Source of the DNA: an uncultured Gemmatimonadales bacterium
GTDB lineage: Bacteria; Gemmatimonadota; Gemmatimonadetes; Longimicrobiales; Longimicrobiaceae
Direction of reading: 5' to 3'
Assembly (NCBI GenBank): GCA_963716255.1
Contig: OY970303.1
Coordinates: 2,528,001-2,592,000, forward strand
Length of the DNA: 64,000 nucleotides
The notes beneath the pieces are model-generated. The model had not been told where the DNA came from. It searched no databases and saw only the letters and a program-made list of their open reading frames with translations. Made by a program: the position numbers and the translations under genes. This document shows positions 19,419 through 30,049 of this stretch, piece after piece. Position 1 is the stretch's first letter. Each line of letters begins with the position of its first letter.

Positions 19419-22400
19419 ATGCCCACCGGGGACGAATTCACCGGACGCGAATGGGTGCTGGATGCCGTCTCCGCCTGGCTGGCGGGCGGCGAGGGGCGCC
19501 ACTTCCTCCTCACCGGCGAGCCGGGGAGCGGGAAAAGCGCCATCGCCCGGCACCTCGCCGCCCTGTCGGGCGGCGCGGCCCCGGCCCATCCCGGGCTGGG
19601 GCCCGGGTGCCTGGCGGCCGCGCACTTCTGCTCGGCCCGCGACGGCACCAGCGTCGAGCCTCGCTCCTTCTGCCGCCAGGTGGCGGAGCAGCTCGCGGCA
19701 CTCCCGGGATACCCGCAGGCCCTTCTCGCGGCGGGCGACCGCGAGATCGGCGTCGACGTGAAGATGACGGTGGGAACGGCCGAGCAGGTCATCGGCGTGC
19801 AGATCGGCAACCTGGTGCTCGCCGCCACCGACCCGCAGCAGACCTTCAACCGCCTCGTCGCCGAGCCGCTCCAGGCGCTGTACGCCGGCGGGTTCACGTC
19901 GCCCGTGACGATCCTGGTGGACGGGCTCGACGAGGCGCTGGTCCCCGAGGGCGGCGCCTCGGTCGTGCGGCTGCTGGCGCGCTCGGCCGGTCTTCCGCCC
20001 ACGGTGCGCTTCGTCCTCACCAGCCGGCGCGACACGCGGGTGCTGGCCGAGCTCGGCGTGGAGGAAGGGCTGTTCCTGTCGGACCCCGCCCACGCGCCGC
20101 GCAACGACGCCGACCTGAAGCGGTACGTGGCCGTCCGGGCGGAGACCGAGCCCGCCCTTCGGGACCGCCTTGAAAAGGGAGCGGACGACTTCGCGGGCCG
20201 CGTGGCGGCGAGCGCGGACGGCAACTTCCAGTATGCCGCCTTTCTCCTGGCCGAGGTGGCGGCGGGCCGCCGGGCCGCGGGGGCGATGGAGGGCCTCCCC
20301 AGCGGGCTGGACGGATTGTACCTGGAGTCGCTGTCGCGGGTCGTGGACGCGGGGGCGCGCGGGTGGGCTCCCGCGTACCGTCCCCTCATGCGCGTCCTGA
20401 GCGTCGCGCGGGACCCCCTCACCGAAGCACAGCTGGCGGCCTTCTCCGGGCTCCCGGAAAGCGCCGTCTGGGACGCCATCGGCGACCTGCAGCAGTTCGT
20501 GGACGAGGCCGAGGCGGGCGGCACGATCGCCTTCCGCCTCTACCACCAGTCCGTCGTGGACTTCCTCCACGCCCGCCGGGTGGGTCCCGCGCGCGCGCTG
20601 AACCCGTACCTCGTCGTCGCGTCCGAAGCCCACGCGGCGGTCGCCGACGCCTGCCTCGCCCGCGGCGACGCCTGGGACCGGTGGGACGACTACGCCCTCC
20701 GCCACTGCGGCGCCCACCTGGCGGGCGCCGCAGAGCATCCGCGACCCGGACACGACGACCGCACGGCGCTGGTGGAGCTCGTGCTGAGCCCCGGCTTCCA
20801 GGCAGCGTACGTGGGCCGGCTGGAGGACCCGGTGGGGCTGGAGGACGAGCTGGAGCGCGCCCTGGCGGCCGCCACCGCCGCCGACCTTCCCGCCGGCCCC
20901 GCGCTCACCATCGAGGCGGCGCTCGGCGTGCTCGCGTTCGCCGACGCGCACCTCCGCCCCGCCCCCGTCTTCGCCCTGGCGCGCTCCGGGAACCTGGACG
21001 CGGCCGAGCGCCGCCTCGCCTCGCTGCGCGCCGACGCCGCCTGGCACCGCGCGGCGCTGCTCGCGCTGGCCTGGAACGCGGCAGCCGCGGCCCCGGACGA
21101 GGCGCGCGAGCGGCTGGAGCGCGCGGGCGAGGGCTCGCTCCAGCCCCCTCTCGGCGAGCTGCACGCCAGGATCGCGGCCGAGATGGCGGGCCTTCCCTGG
21201 AGCCCCGGGCGGCCTCTCCCGCCGGCGCCCGACCCGGTCCTGGTCGAGCAGATCCTGGACCGCCTCGGCGGCGGCCGGAGCGAAACGGGCATCGAGCCGC
21301 TGAGCATCGAGAGCGGGATCTCGGGGGACGAGGCGCCCGCGTACCTGGCCGAGATGGACGGGCCGCTCCTGGTGGCGTACGCCGCCGGGAACCCGGCGCA
21401 GGGCGACGCGGCCTTCCGCCGGTACCTGGAGATCAACGCCGCGAACGCGTACGCGTACTACCGCAACCGCTCGCTGTGGGCGCTGCTGGAGCCGGTGGTC
21501 CGGCACCCCGCCCCGGGGTGGGCGCGGGCCAGCCTCCAGGAGCTGCTGGTGGTCGCCCTCAGCCCCGCCGACCGGACGGCGTTCCGGGAGGGGCTTCCCC
21601 TGGCGGTGGGAGCCGCGTGGGCGCGCGCCGCAGGCCCGGAAATGCTTCTCCGGATGCACGCGCGGACGCAGGAGGCGGCGAGCGCCGCGCAGGAGGCCGG
21701 GGCCTCGCGCAGCCGGGGCGACCCGTGGGCGCACCACATCCGCAGGCTGGGAGCCCTGGCGGAGGTCTACCGGTGCCTGCTGGACGACGGCGCCCGCGCG
21801 GAGCCGCTGGTGGCGCAGATGATCGCCCTGCGGGTCGGCTTCGCCGGGTTCCGCTACCGCGCGTGGCTGGAGGCGGCCGATTCCGCGTTCCTCGCCGGGA
21901 AGCCGCCCTGGAGCTCGCGCGGCACGCCGTCGAGGAAGCCCGCGGCGCCGCGCACAACATCCAGGACTATGCCTTCTGCGCGCGCGCCACCGCCCGGGTG
22001 AACGCCCTGGAGGCGCTCGGGTGGCCCCCCTGCGCGGACGCGGAGCGCTTCGCGGATGCTCCCGGCGCGCCCGGGTTCACCGCGTGGCACCGGGTGGGTG
22101 AAAGCTATGCGCTGCGCGACGCCGGCTCCACCAAGCTGGAGATCCCCCCGTGGGCCCGGCAGGCGGCGACGCCGAGGGCGGTGGCCGAGCTGTACGGCGT
22201 GCCGGTGGAGGAGCTCCTGGCGGCGAACCCGGCCGCCGCGTGGGCGCCGGACGAGCTCCTTGGCCCGGACACGCGGGTCCACCTGCCGGACCCGGGCTTC
22301 GCGCCCATGGTCGCGGCCCGCCTGGGCGCGGCCGTGCTGGCGGACGCGGCGTGCCCGCCCGACCGGCGGACGCGTGCCATCACCCGGCTGGTCCCGCACG

Positions 22401-22534
22401 CCCTCGCCGACGCGCAGTCGCTGGACGCGGTGATGTCGCGGCTGGTGATCGCCGCACGCCCCGCGGGCGCCGCCCTGCAGCGGATCGCCCGCGCCGTGGG
22501 GGATGCGTACGGGATCCGGTTCGACCAGCTCTGA
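19419..22534 (+). CDS. NACHT/STAND NTPase (bacterial NLR-like) with helical sensor region and a LysM-like C-terminal segment; one frameshift near 21900
   Basis: FTGREWV, Walker A GEPGSGKS (19515-19538), AHFC, Walker B ILVDGLDEA (19911-19937), FVLTSRR, GNFQY, LYHQSVVDFL. Coding sense continues in another frame from about 21900 to TGA at 22534. Confidence 0.8.
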
Positions 22535-22548
22535 ACCGCCGGACGCGC

Positions 22549-22585
22549 CGCGCCCCCGCCGGGAATCCCGGCGGGGGCGCGTTTT
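22549..22585 (+). terminator. Rho-independent terminator after the NLR-like gene
   Basis: CGCGCCCCCGCCGGG-AAT-CCCGGCGGGGGCGCG followed by TTTT. Confidence 0.75.
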
Positions 22586-22625
22586 CGTGCTCCGTACAGG
22601 CCCCGCGGACGCCAGCGCGATGCCC

Positions 22626-22754
22626 GCGTGAGGGATTTCGGCCCGAAGGGGCGAGACCCGCGAGCAGTTTCGCGGGGCTCGACTCCGTTACGCAGCGTTG
22701 TTTGCTGCGTTACGGAGCCGAAGCCCGACCCCGGCGCCAGCCGGGGGCACGCCC
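22626..22754 (+). repeat. Repeat family A, copy 4
   Basis: Same scaffold. Confidence 0.95.
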
Positions 22755-22774
22755 AACTCCGCCGTAAAAGCCGT

Positions 22775-24586
22775 TCAAAAGCTCCACGCCCCCGTCAGGC
22801 TGAACGCCCGGTAGCGGTAGTCCGACTCGGCGGTCGGCGAGAGCGCCTGGAACCCGGAGTTGGCGTACGCCGCCGAGACCCCCACCTGCCGCCCCGGCCC
22901 CAGCACCAGGGCCAGCCCGCCGGTGCCGCGGAGCGAGCCGGACGGGTCGCCGTCGCTCGTCACCTGCTGCCACCCCGGCGCCAGCTCGCCGCTCAGCACC
23001 CAGCGGCGCCCCTCGCGCTGCACGCGCGCCACCCCCTCCGCCACCCCGTAGAAGTCGGGGTCGAAGTAGCCGTCCGTCAGGTCCCGGTCGAAGCGGAAGG
23101 CGCGCGCCGCCACGCCCAGCGTCAGCGGCCGGGCCACGCGCCGCGTGAGCGCGGCGCTCCCGGCGAGGCGCCGGTTCTCGTCGCCCGAGACGGCGCCCCG
23201 GAACTCCGTGGTGGAGGCCCCGCCCGCCAGCGTCCATCCCTGCGCGGGAGCGGCCTGCGCGGCGAGCGACCATTCCTCCGTTGCCACCCGCCGCAGCGCC
23301 AGCAGCGCGGTGCCGTCCAGCGCGCCGCGGGCGTACGCCAGCGTCGCGCCCACGGGGTAGCGGCCGGGGGTGGCGAGCGCGGCCCGCACCGTCGGCACCG
23401 GCCCGGCGTCCGCCGCGTCCGAGGCGCTCATCCCCAGCGTCCCCGCCAGGCTCCACCCCGGCTCCAGCTGCATCCACACCGTCACCGCGCCCCCCTGCGA
23501 CTGGCTCTCGGGAAGGCCGGAGCCCTCCACTCGCGCCCGGCGCAGGTACGCCTCGCCCCGCAGCTCCACCCGCGGCAGGGGGCGCCAGGCGCCGCCCGCC
23601 GCGGTGGTGGCGATGCGGTTGCCGTCCGAATCGGTCTCGTACACCAGCGAGGGCGCGGCGCGGGGGCGCATGGCCCGCCGCACCCAGGCCAGCTCGGCGC
23701 GCGCGTCCCGGTCGGTGGGGGCGATGCGCAGGGCCCGCTCCACCGCGTCCAGCGCCGCCGCGTCGCGCCCCTGCCAGCGGAGCGTCTGCGAGAGCCCCAC
23801 CAGCGAGGCCACGTCCCGCGGCGAGGCGGCGAGCGCGCGGCGCCACTCCCGCTCCGCCGCACGCAGCTTGCCGCCCCACGCCGCGGCCCGGGCGACGCCG
23901 CGCAGCGCGTCCGCGTCCCCCGGGGCGATTGCCAGCACGCGCCGGTACAGGGCCGTGGCGGAGTCCGTCCTCCCCGCCCCGGCCATGACCTGCGCCAGCC
24001 CCAGGAGGGCGGCCCGGTCGCGCGGGTCGCGGGCCAGGAGCGAGTCGTACGCGGCCCCCGCGGCCTCGAAGCGCGACGCCCAGGAAAGGACGCGGGCCCG
24101 CTCCAGCGGCGCCGAGCGGTCCTCCGGCGCGATCTCCAGGATGCGGCCGTAGGTGGCCAGCGCCTCGTCGTACGAGCCGGCCCACGACAGGAACTGCGCC
24201 CGCGCCTGAAGCGCGGGGAGGTAGCCGGGGTCTCGGGCCAGCAGGTCGTCCAGCGCCGCCGCGGCCCGCCCGGGGTCGCCCCGCCAGGCCAGCACCCGCG
24301 CCCGGTCCACCCGCGCCTCCCGGTTCCCCGGGTCGAGCGCCAGGAGCCGGTCGAAGAGGGCGAGGCCCTCGTCGTACCGCTCGCTCCAGGCGCGCGCGAG
24401 CGCCAGCCGGTGCAGCGCGAGCGCGTCGGCGGAGTCCGCGGCGAGGCGGGCCTCGTACAGGCGCGCCGCCGCTTCGGTGTCGCCGCGCACCCAGGCGGAG
24501 TCGGCGGCGTCCTGCGCCCGCGCCGCGCCCGGGAGCGCCAGCCCCGCGGCGAGCAGCGCCGCCAGGAGGAGGATGCGGCGCGTCAC
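22775..24586 (-). CDS. TPR protein with a C-terminal outer-membrane beta-barrel
   Basis: Signal peptide, multiple LA..L.W TPR units, amphipathic strands ending GAWSF. GTG overlaps the upstream stop. Confidence 0.8.
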   Translation of the reverse strand: MTRRILLLAALLAAGLALPGAARAQDAADSAWVRGDTEAAARLYEARLAADSADALALHRLALARAWSERYDEGLALFDRLLALDPGNREARVDRARVLAWRGDPGRAAAALDDLLARDPGYLPALQARAQFLSWAGSYDEALATYGRILEIAPEDRSAPLERARVLSWASRFEAAGAAYDSLLARDPRDRAALLGLAQVMAGAGRTDSATALYRRVLAIAPGDADALRGVARAAAWGGKLRAAEREWRRALAASPRDVASLVGLSQTLRWQGRDAAALDAVERALRIAPTDRDARAELAWVRRAMRPRAAPSLVYETDSDGNRIATTAAGGAWRPLPRVELRGEAYLRRARVEGSGLPESQSQGGAVTVWMQLEPGWSLAGTLGMSASDAADAGPVPTVRAALATPGRYPVGATLAYARGALDGTALLALRRVATEEWSLAAQAAPAQGWTLAGGASTTEFRGAVSGDENRRLAGSAALTRRVARPLTLGVAARAFRFDRDLTDGYFDPDFYGVAEGVARVQREGRRWVLSGELAPGWQQVTSDGDPSGSLRGTGGLALVLGPGRQVGVSAAYANSGFQALSPTAESDYRYRAFSLTGAWSF

Positions 24587-27276
24587 CGGGCACCGTTCCC
24601 CGCCGTGGGCGCGGCGAGCGTGCGGAACACCTCGCGCATGGCGTCGTACACGGGGCGCTTCACCTCGCGCCAGCGCGGCTCCTCCCACGTGGGCCAGCTG
24701 AACAGCGCAGCGTCCGCGGCGCTTCCGCTCGCCGGCCAGCTCCGCCACGCCGCGCCGCTGCGCGCCGCCGCGACCACGCGGATCCCCGGGATCACCTGGG
24801 TGCCGAACTCCCCGGGGGGAGGCCCCGACGCGGGATCCTGGAGGACGCGGCGGCCGCTGGGATCGGTGAAGTTCAGGAGCATCCACGGGATGCGCACCTC
24901 CAGCACGCCCTCGCGGTCCAGCCGCTCCCACATCCCGTCCGGCGCCGCGCCGCGCGGCAGGACGCCGCGGTCGTAGCCCAGGCCGGCGTACTCCGTGGAG
25001 TCGCGGCCGAAGCGGCGGCGGTTGGTGACCACCCGAAGCGAGTCGTAGCGCCCGTCCTCGTTGCGCTGCGTCACGAAGGGCCGGTTGAAGCGCTGCTGCC
25101 AGCGGCCCGTGAAGTAGCCGGGGAGCGGATCCCCGATGGCGGGCGGAGGCACGGGGGCGCCCCGCATCGCCTGCCCCGCCGGCTCCACGGCGAACGGGTT
25201 GGACGGCGGGTCCACCATCAGCCGCACCCCGTCGCCCGCGGCGCGCAGCACGAACTCCACCCCCACGGGGAGCGCCGGGCCCGCGCGCCCCGGCCAGCGG
25301 AAGTCGCCCGCCTCCGGCCGCACCACGTCGAAGCCGACGAGGAGCTCGTCCCAGGCCGGGGCGCTCCCGCGCTCGACGAGGAGCCACAGGTACGCCTCGT
25401 CGGCGGCCGCGCGAACGCGCGCCCCGTCCGGGGTGGAGTACAGCGCAGGGCGCGCGCGCCAGGCGGGGAGCCTCGCCTCCAGCGTCGCCCCGGGGACCAC
25501 TTCGCCCGGGTACTCGGCGAGCATCCCGTAGTGCTGCTCCGCATCCAGGCGGTTGAGCCAGAGCCGGTTGCGCTCCAGGGGGATCTCGAACTCGATGGCG
25601 ATCCAGTTCTTCTTGAACCACTCGTCGATCCAGGCGAACACCGCCCCGCCCGCCATCCCGGCCTCGGCGATCTCCCGCGTCAGGCGCGCGTCCGCCCGGG
25701 CCATCCCGTCCTCGGTGAGCCCGCCGTGGTGCCATCCCTGCGGCTGCAGGTGCGCGCTCCCGAAGCTGGCGGGAACCCCGTACTCCGAGATCACCACCGG
25801 CATGCCGGGGTGGTGCGCCTTGAGCTCGCGCAGGTACCCGAAGTAGTTGGAGGGCCCCAGGCTGGAGCGGGCGCTCGCGTACGCCGGGTCCAGCACCATG
25901 AAGTCCGGGTAGTACGGGTAGGCGTGGTACGAGGCGAAGTAGCCGGCCGGAAAGGCTGCGGTGGGGCGCACCAGCGAGGCGTCCAGCCCGGTGGCGTCGT
26001 TGTCGTACTCCAGCGGCTTCGCGCCCACCTGCTCGCCCAGGGCGCCGCGGATGGCGACCTCCTCCGCCACGGTGCTCTCGGTGGGGTGGTGGAGCGGGTC
26101 CAGCGTGGGCCAGTTGGTGTAGGCCACCGGGCGCTGGGCGCGGTAGGCGCGCATCTCGTAGGCGACGATCTCCTCGCACGCCTTCCCCATCCACGCGTCC
26201 ATGGGGGTCCCCCCGGACACGGCGAGGTAGCGCCCGCTCCACCCCCGCCGCCCCTCGCGCAGCCGGTTGTAGGCCACCACCGAGAAGGGCTCCCACTCGC
26301 GGCCGATGATGTAGGCCAGCACCCAGGGCGACACGTCCGCCGTGTAGAAGCCGGAGGCGTGGCCGGGGCGCGGGGCGACGTCGGCGCGCCCGTGCAGCAG
26401 GTCCACCACCCGCCGCATCTCCCCGAAGAACTCGCCCTCCCACCGCGGGTCGTCGAAGTCGTCCTCCGGCGGGAGCTCCGTCCACACGCCGTGGATCAGC
26501 CAGAGCGCCGAGTCGGGGCGCGCGACGTTCCAGTCGCGCAGCGCGGCGTAGAAGTGCGGGGGATGGATGGTGTAGACGCGGATGGTGTTCGCCCCCATCT
26601 CCGCCATCTGCCGGATCCAGCGCGCGTACGTCGCCCGGTCCGGGAACTCGCTGGGGTGCTTGCCCGGGAGCGCCGCCCCCAGGTTCACCCCCTTGACGTA
26701 GAAGGGTTCCCAGCCGCGCGCCGTGCGCACCTCGAAGCGGTCTCCGTGCGCGCGCGACGGGTACACGACGGAGTCGGGGAGGACGAGCGGGGGCCGCGCC
26801 GGCGCCGGCCCCACCCCCTCGGGGAGGCGGGCCAGGTAGTCGCGGGCCTCGGCGTTGCCGGGGTCCAGCTCGCGCACCCGCAGGAAGGCGCTGCGCACCA
26901 CGGCGAGGTCGCCCGCGCGCCAGGCGCCGATCCCGCGCCCCACCAGCGCGTCCACCGCGTCGGGGGCGTCCGCGAGCACGGCGTCGAACCAGCGCCGCGC
27001 CCCGGCGGCGTCGCCGGTCCGCAGCGCCACGTACCCCAGCCCGGTGCGGGCGTCCACGTGGGCGGGGCAGCGGCGGACCGCGGCGGCGAGCTCCCGCTCC
27101 GCGGCCGCGAGGTCCCCGGCGCGGAGACGGGTCCACCCCGCGTCGGCGGCCGGGTCGGCCGCCGCGGGGCACCCGGCCTGCGCGGACGCCGGGGCGGGAA
27201 ACGAAGCGAGGGCGCAGAGCGCCAGCCCCAGCGCGAGGAGCGGCGGGGAGGACCGGAGCAGCGAATTCTTTGGCAT
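24583..27276 (-). CDS. Secreted TPR plus glycoside-hydrolase-like TIM-barrel protein
   Basis: Signal peptide, TPRs, FYVKGVNLG, GANTIRVYT, IIGREWEP, FASYHAYPYYPDF, VVISEYGVP, FAWIDEWFK. Confidence 0.8.
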   Translation of the reverse strand: MPKNSLLRSSPPLLALGLALCALASFPAPASAQAGCPAAADPAADAGWTRLRAGDLAAAERELAAAVRRCPAHVDARTGLGYVALRTGDAAGARRWFDAVLADAPDAVDALVGRGIGAWRAGDLAVVRSAFLRVRELDPGNAEARDYLARLPEGVGPAPARPPLVLPDSVVYPSRAHGDRFEVRTARGWEPFYVKGVNLGAALPGKHPSEFPDRATYARWIRQMAEMGANTIRVYTIHPPHFYAALRDWNVARPDSALWLIHGVWTELPPEDDFDDPRWEGEFFGEMRRVVDLLHGRADVAPRPGHASGFYTADVSPWVLAYIIGREWEPFSVVAYNRLREGRRGWSGRYLAVSGGTPMDAWMGKACEEIVAYEMRAYRAQRPVAYTNWPTLDPLHHPTESTVAEEVAIRGALGEQVGAKPLEYDNDATGLDASLVRPTAAFPAGYFASYHAYPYYPDFMVLDPAYASARSSLGPSNYFGYLRELKAHHPGMPVVISEYGVPASFGSAHLQPQGWHHGGLTEDGMARADARLTREIAEAGMAGGAVFAWIDEWFKKNWIAIEFEIPLERNRLWLNRLDAEQHYGMLAEYPGEVVPGATLEARLPAWRARPALYSTPDGARVRAAADEAYLWLLVERGSAPAWDELLVGFDVVRPEAGDFRWPGRAGPALPVGVEFVLRAAGDGVRLMVDPPSNPFAVEPAGQAMRGAPVPPPAIGDPLPGYFTGRWQQRFNRPFVTQRNEDGRYDSLRVVTNRRRFGRDSTEYAGLGYDRGVLPRGAAPDGMWERLDREGVLEVRIPWMLLNFTDPSGRRVLQDPASGPPPGEFGTQVIPGIRVVAAARSGAAWRSWPASGSAADAALFSWPTWEEPRWREVKRPVYDAMREVFRTLAAPTAGNGAR

Positions 27277-27464
27277 GGAGGGAAGTTTGACGATCACGGC
27301 ACGGGGTGGGGAACGGCCCGCCTCCCGGACACGGCCTGCCGCCACGGCGGAGCGCGGCGCGGCGGCGCGTGGGCGCGCGCCGCCGGTCCGTTCGGGTCGA
27401 TCTTCATCGCACGGGAGGGGACCCAAAGATGGCCGGTCCGCCCCGTCCGCGCAACGGCCCCCGC

Positions 27465-28310
27465 TCAGGCCGGCTGGATGCGCCGGTAGCGCGCCTCCAC
27501 CAGCTGGTAGATCCCGTATCCCACGAGCCCCAGCGCCACCCCCCCCAGCAGCCAGGGGCCGTACGCCTGCTCCTGGAGCGCCCGGAGCGCCCCGTCCAGC
27601 CCGCGCGCCTCCTCCGGGTTGGAGTGGAGCGCCGCGAGCAGCAGGAAGAAGCCCATCACCGCGAACACCACCCCGCGCGCCGCGATCCCCGCCCGCCCCG
27701 AGCGGACCGCCCACTCGCGCGCCGTGGGCCCCATGCGCGACAGGTCGAGCTGCTTGGACAGCTTCACCGCGTACGCGCGGTACAGCGCGTACAGCCCGTA
27801 GCCGATGATCCCCAGCCCCACCGCCGCCACCAGCCAGCGTCCCATCGGCTGCCGCATCAGCGTCGCCGTCCAGTCGTCCGTGCGGTCGCCGCCCCCGCCG
27901 TCGCGCCCCGCCACCATCCGCAGCGCCGCCAGCGCGAGCCCCGCGTGGATCACCCCGCTGATCGCGTATCCCGCGCGCTTCGCGGCGCCGCCCGCGTCCG
28001 TGCCCTTGTGCTCGGGGTCCAGCACGGCCTGCACGAACCGCCACAGCGCGTACCCCGCGAGCCCCAGCGCCACCAGCCCCAGCAGCAGCTTGCCGAACGG
28101 CTGCTCCAGGATGGTCCGCATCGCCCCCTGCGAGCCCTGCACCCGCTCGCCGGAGCCGAACGCCGCCCGCGCCGCGATGCCGCCGATGATGAGGTAGACG
28201 ATCCCCTTGGCCGCGTATCCCATCCGCGCCAGCTTTTCCACCCAGGGCGCGGCCTCCCGAGCCGCCGCGCGCCCGTGCCGCTGCGCCTCTCCCACTCCGT
28301 CGATCGCCAT
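27465..28310 (-). CDS. DUF1206 membrane protein
   Basis: Three repeats including LARMGYAAKGIVY and GIAARGVVF, C-terminal EARYRRI. Confidence 0.88.
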   Translation of the reverse strand: MAIDGVGEAQRHGRAAAREAAPWVEKLARMGYAAKGIVYLIIGGIAARAAFGSGERVQGSQGAMRTILEQPFGKLLLGLVALGLAGYALWRFVQAVLDPEHKGTDAGGAAKRAGYAISGVIHAGLALAALRMVAGRDGGGGDRTDDWTATLMRQPMGRWLVAAVGLGIIGYGLYALYRAYAVKLSKQLDLSRMGPTAREWAVRSGRAGIAARGVVFAVMGFFLLLAALHSNPEEARGLDGALRALQEQAYGPWLLGGVALGLVGYGIYQLVEARYRRIQPA

Positions 28311-28491
28311 GTCACGCCTCCGCGGTGTCGGTTGGGCGGCGTGAGCGCCGCCACCCGCGTCAATGCAACAAGCGTGACGCGCGGCGTTGCCCCCCCGTGG
28401 CCGGTCCCGTAGTTTGTGCGGATTCGGACGGGTACGCCGGGAAACCGGGCACCCCCGCTCGCATGGAAATCGGCAAACCGGGAGGTGAAGC

Positions 28492-29895
28492 TTGGCGGAT
28501 ACGAACTTCGACGTGGTGGTCGTCGGCGCGGGCCCCGCGGGCTACGTCGCCGCGATCAAGGCCGCGCAGCTCGGATACAGGACGGCGTGCGTGGAGGACA
28601 CCTTCCTCGGCGGCGTCTGCCTCAACATCGGCTGCATTCCCACCAAGGCGCTGCTGGAGAGCGCCGCCATGATCACCCACCTGGGCCACGCAAAGGAGTT
28701 CGGCGTGGAGGTGGGGGAGATCAGGACGAACATGGCGCAGGCGGTGAAGCGCTCCCGCCAGGTCTCCGAGCGGCTGGTGAAGGGGATCGGCTACCTGTTC
28801 AAGAAGAACAAGGTCACCCACGTCCCCGGGCGCGGCCGCCTGGCCGGCAAGGGCCAGGTGGAGGTGACGGCAAAGGACGGCGGCAAGCAGACCCTCACCG
28901 CGAAGCACATCATCCTCGCCACCGGCTCGCGCCCGCGCGACCTGCCGTTCCTCAAGATCGACCACGACCGCGTGTGGGACTCCACCGACGCCATGATGTC
29001 GCAGGAGGCGCCCAGGACGCTGGCGGTGGTGGGCGCCGGCGCCATCGGGATGGAGTTCGCCGACGTGTACGCGGCCTTCGGGACCAGGGTCACCATCGTG
29101 GAGGCGCTGGACCGCGTCCTCCCGCTGGAGGACCGCGACTGCTCCGCCGTGGTGGAAAAGAGCTACCGCAAGCGGGGGATGGAGGTGTACACCGGCGCCC
29201 GCCTGGAAAAGGCGGAGGTCGGCAAGGCGGGCGTCAAGCTGACGGTGAAGACCGCGAAGGGCGAGACCAGGGTCATCGAGGCGGAGCGCGTGCTCTCCGC
29301 CATCGGCCGCGCGCCCAACGTGGAGGACGTGGGGCTGGAGGCCGCCGGGGTGGGTCTCACCGAGCGCGGCTTCATCGCCGTGGACCGGCAGATGCGCACC
29401 AGCGTGGAGGGGGTGTACGCCATCGGCGACGCGGCCGGGCCGCCGCTTCTGGCACACAAGGGCTCGCACGAGGGCGTGGCCTGCGTCGAGGCCATCCACG
29501 GCGACCCGCACGCCGGCATCGACTACGGCAACATCCCCAACTGCACCTACTGCCACCCCGAGGTCGCCTCGGTGGGGCTCACCGAGGAGCAGGCGCGCGA
29601 GCAGGGGATGGACATCGAGGTGGGCGTCTTCCCCTGGACGGCCAACGGCCGCGCCCTCACCTCCGGCGACACGGACGGCTTCGTCAAGGTGATCCGCGAC
29701 AAGAAGTACAGCGAGGTGGTGGGGGCGCACATCGTGGGCCCGCACGCCACGGAATTGATCGCGGAGTTCGTGGTGGGCCGCCACCTGGAGACCACGGTGG
29801 AGGAGATGGACCGCGCCATGCACCCGCACCCCACCCTTTCCGAGGCGGTGGCGGAGGCGGCGCTGGCCGCGCTGGGGCACGCGCTGCACATCTGA
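28492..29895 (+). CDS. lpdA: Dihydrolipoyl dehydrogenase
   Basis: GAGPAGYVAAIKAAQLG, GGVCLNIGCIPTKALL, LAHK, HPHPTLSE. RBS GGAGG before TTG. Confidence 0.95.
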   Translation: MADTNFDVVVVGAGPAGYVAAIKAAQLGYRTACVEDTFLGGVCLNIGCIPTKALLESAAMITHLGHAKEFGVEVGEIRTNMAQAVKRSRQVSERLVKGIGYLFKKNKVTHVPGRGRLAGKGQVEVTAKDGGKQTLTAKHIILATGSRPRDLPFLKIDHDRVWDSTDAMMSQEAPRTLAVVGAGAIGMEFADVYAAFGTRVTIVEALDRVLPLEDRDCSAVVEKSYRKRGMEVYTGARLEKAEVGKAGVKLTVKTAKGETRVIEAERVLSAIGRAPNVEDVGLEAAGVGLTERGFIAVDRQMRTSVEGVYAIGDAAGPPLLAHKGSHEGVACVEAIHGDPHAGIDYGNIPNCTYCHPEVASVGLTEEQAREQGMDIEVGVFPWTANGRALTSGDTDGFVKVIRDKKYSEVVGAHIVGPHATELIAEFVVGRHLETTVEEMDRAMHPHPTLSEAVAEAALAALGHALHI

Positions 29896-29920
29896 GCCGC
29901 TCCACCGGGCGAGGTGAGGG

Positions 29921-29957
29921 CCGAGGAGCTCCGGGACGCCGTCCCGGAGCTCCTCGG
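29921..29957 (+). terminator. Stem-loop after lpdA
   Basis: CCGAGGAGCTCCGGGAC-GCC-GTCCCGGAGCTCCTCGG. Confidence 0.6.
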
Positions 29958-30049
29958 TCTTCCCCGCCGTTCATTTCCCGCTTGAGTTCGCACATTCCAG
30001 GACGCATCTTGTCGGGGTACGCCCTCGGTCTCTTCCGCGAGACAGCCCC

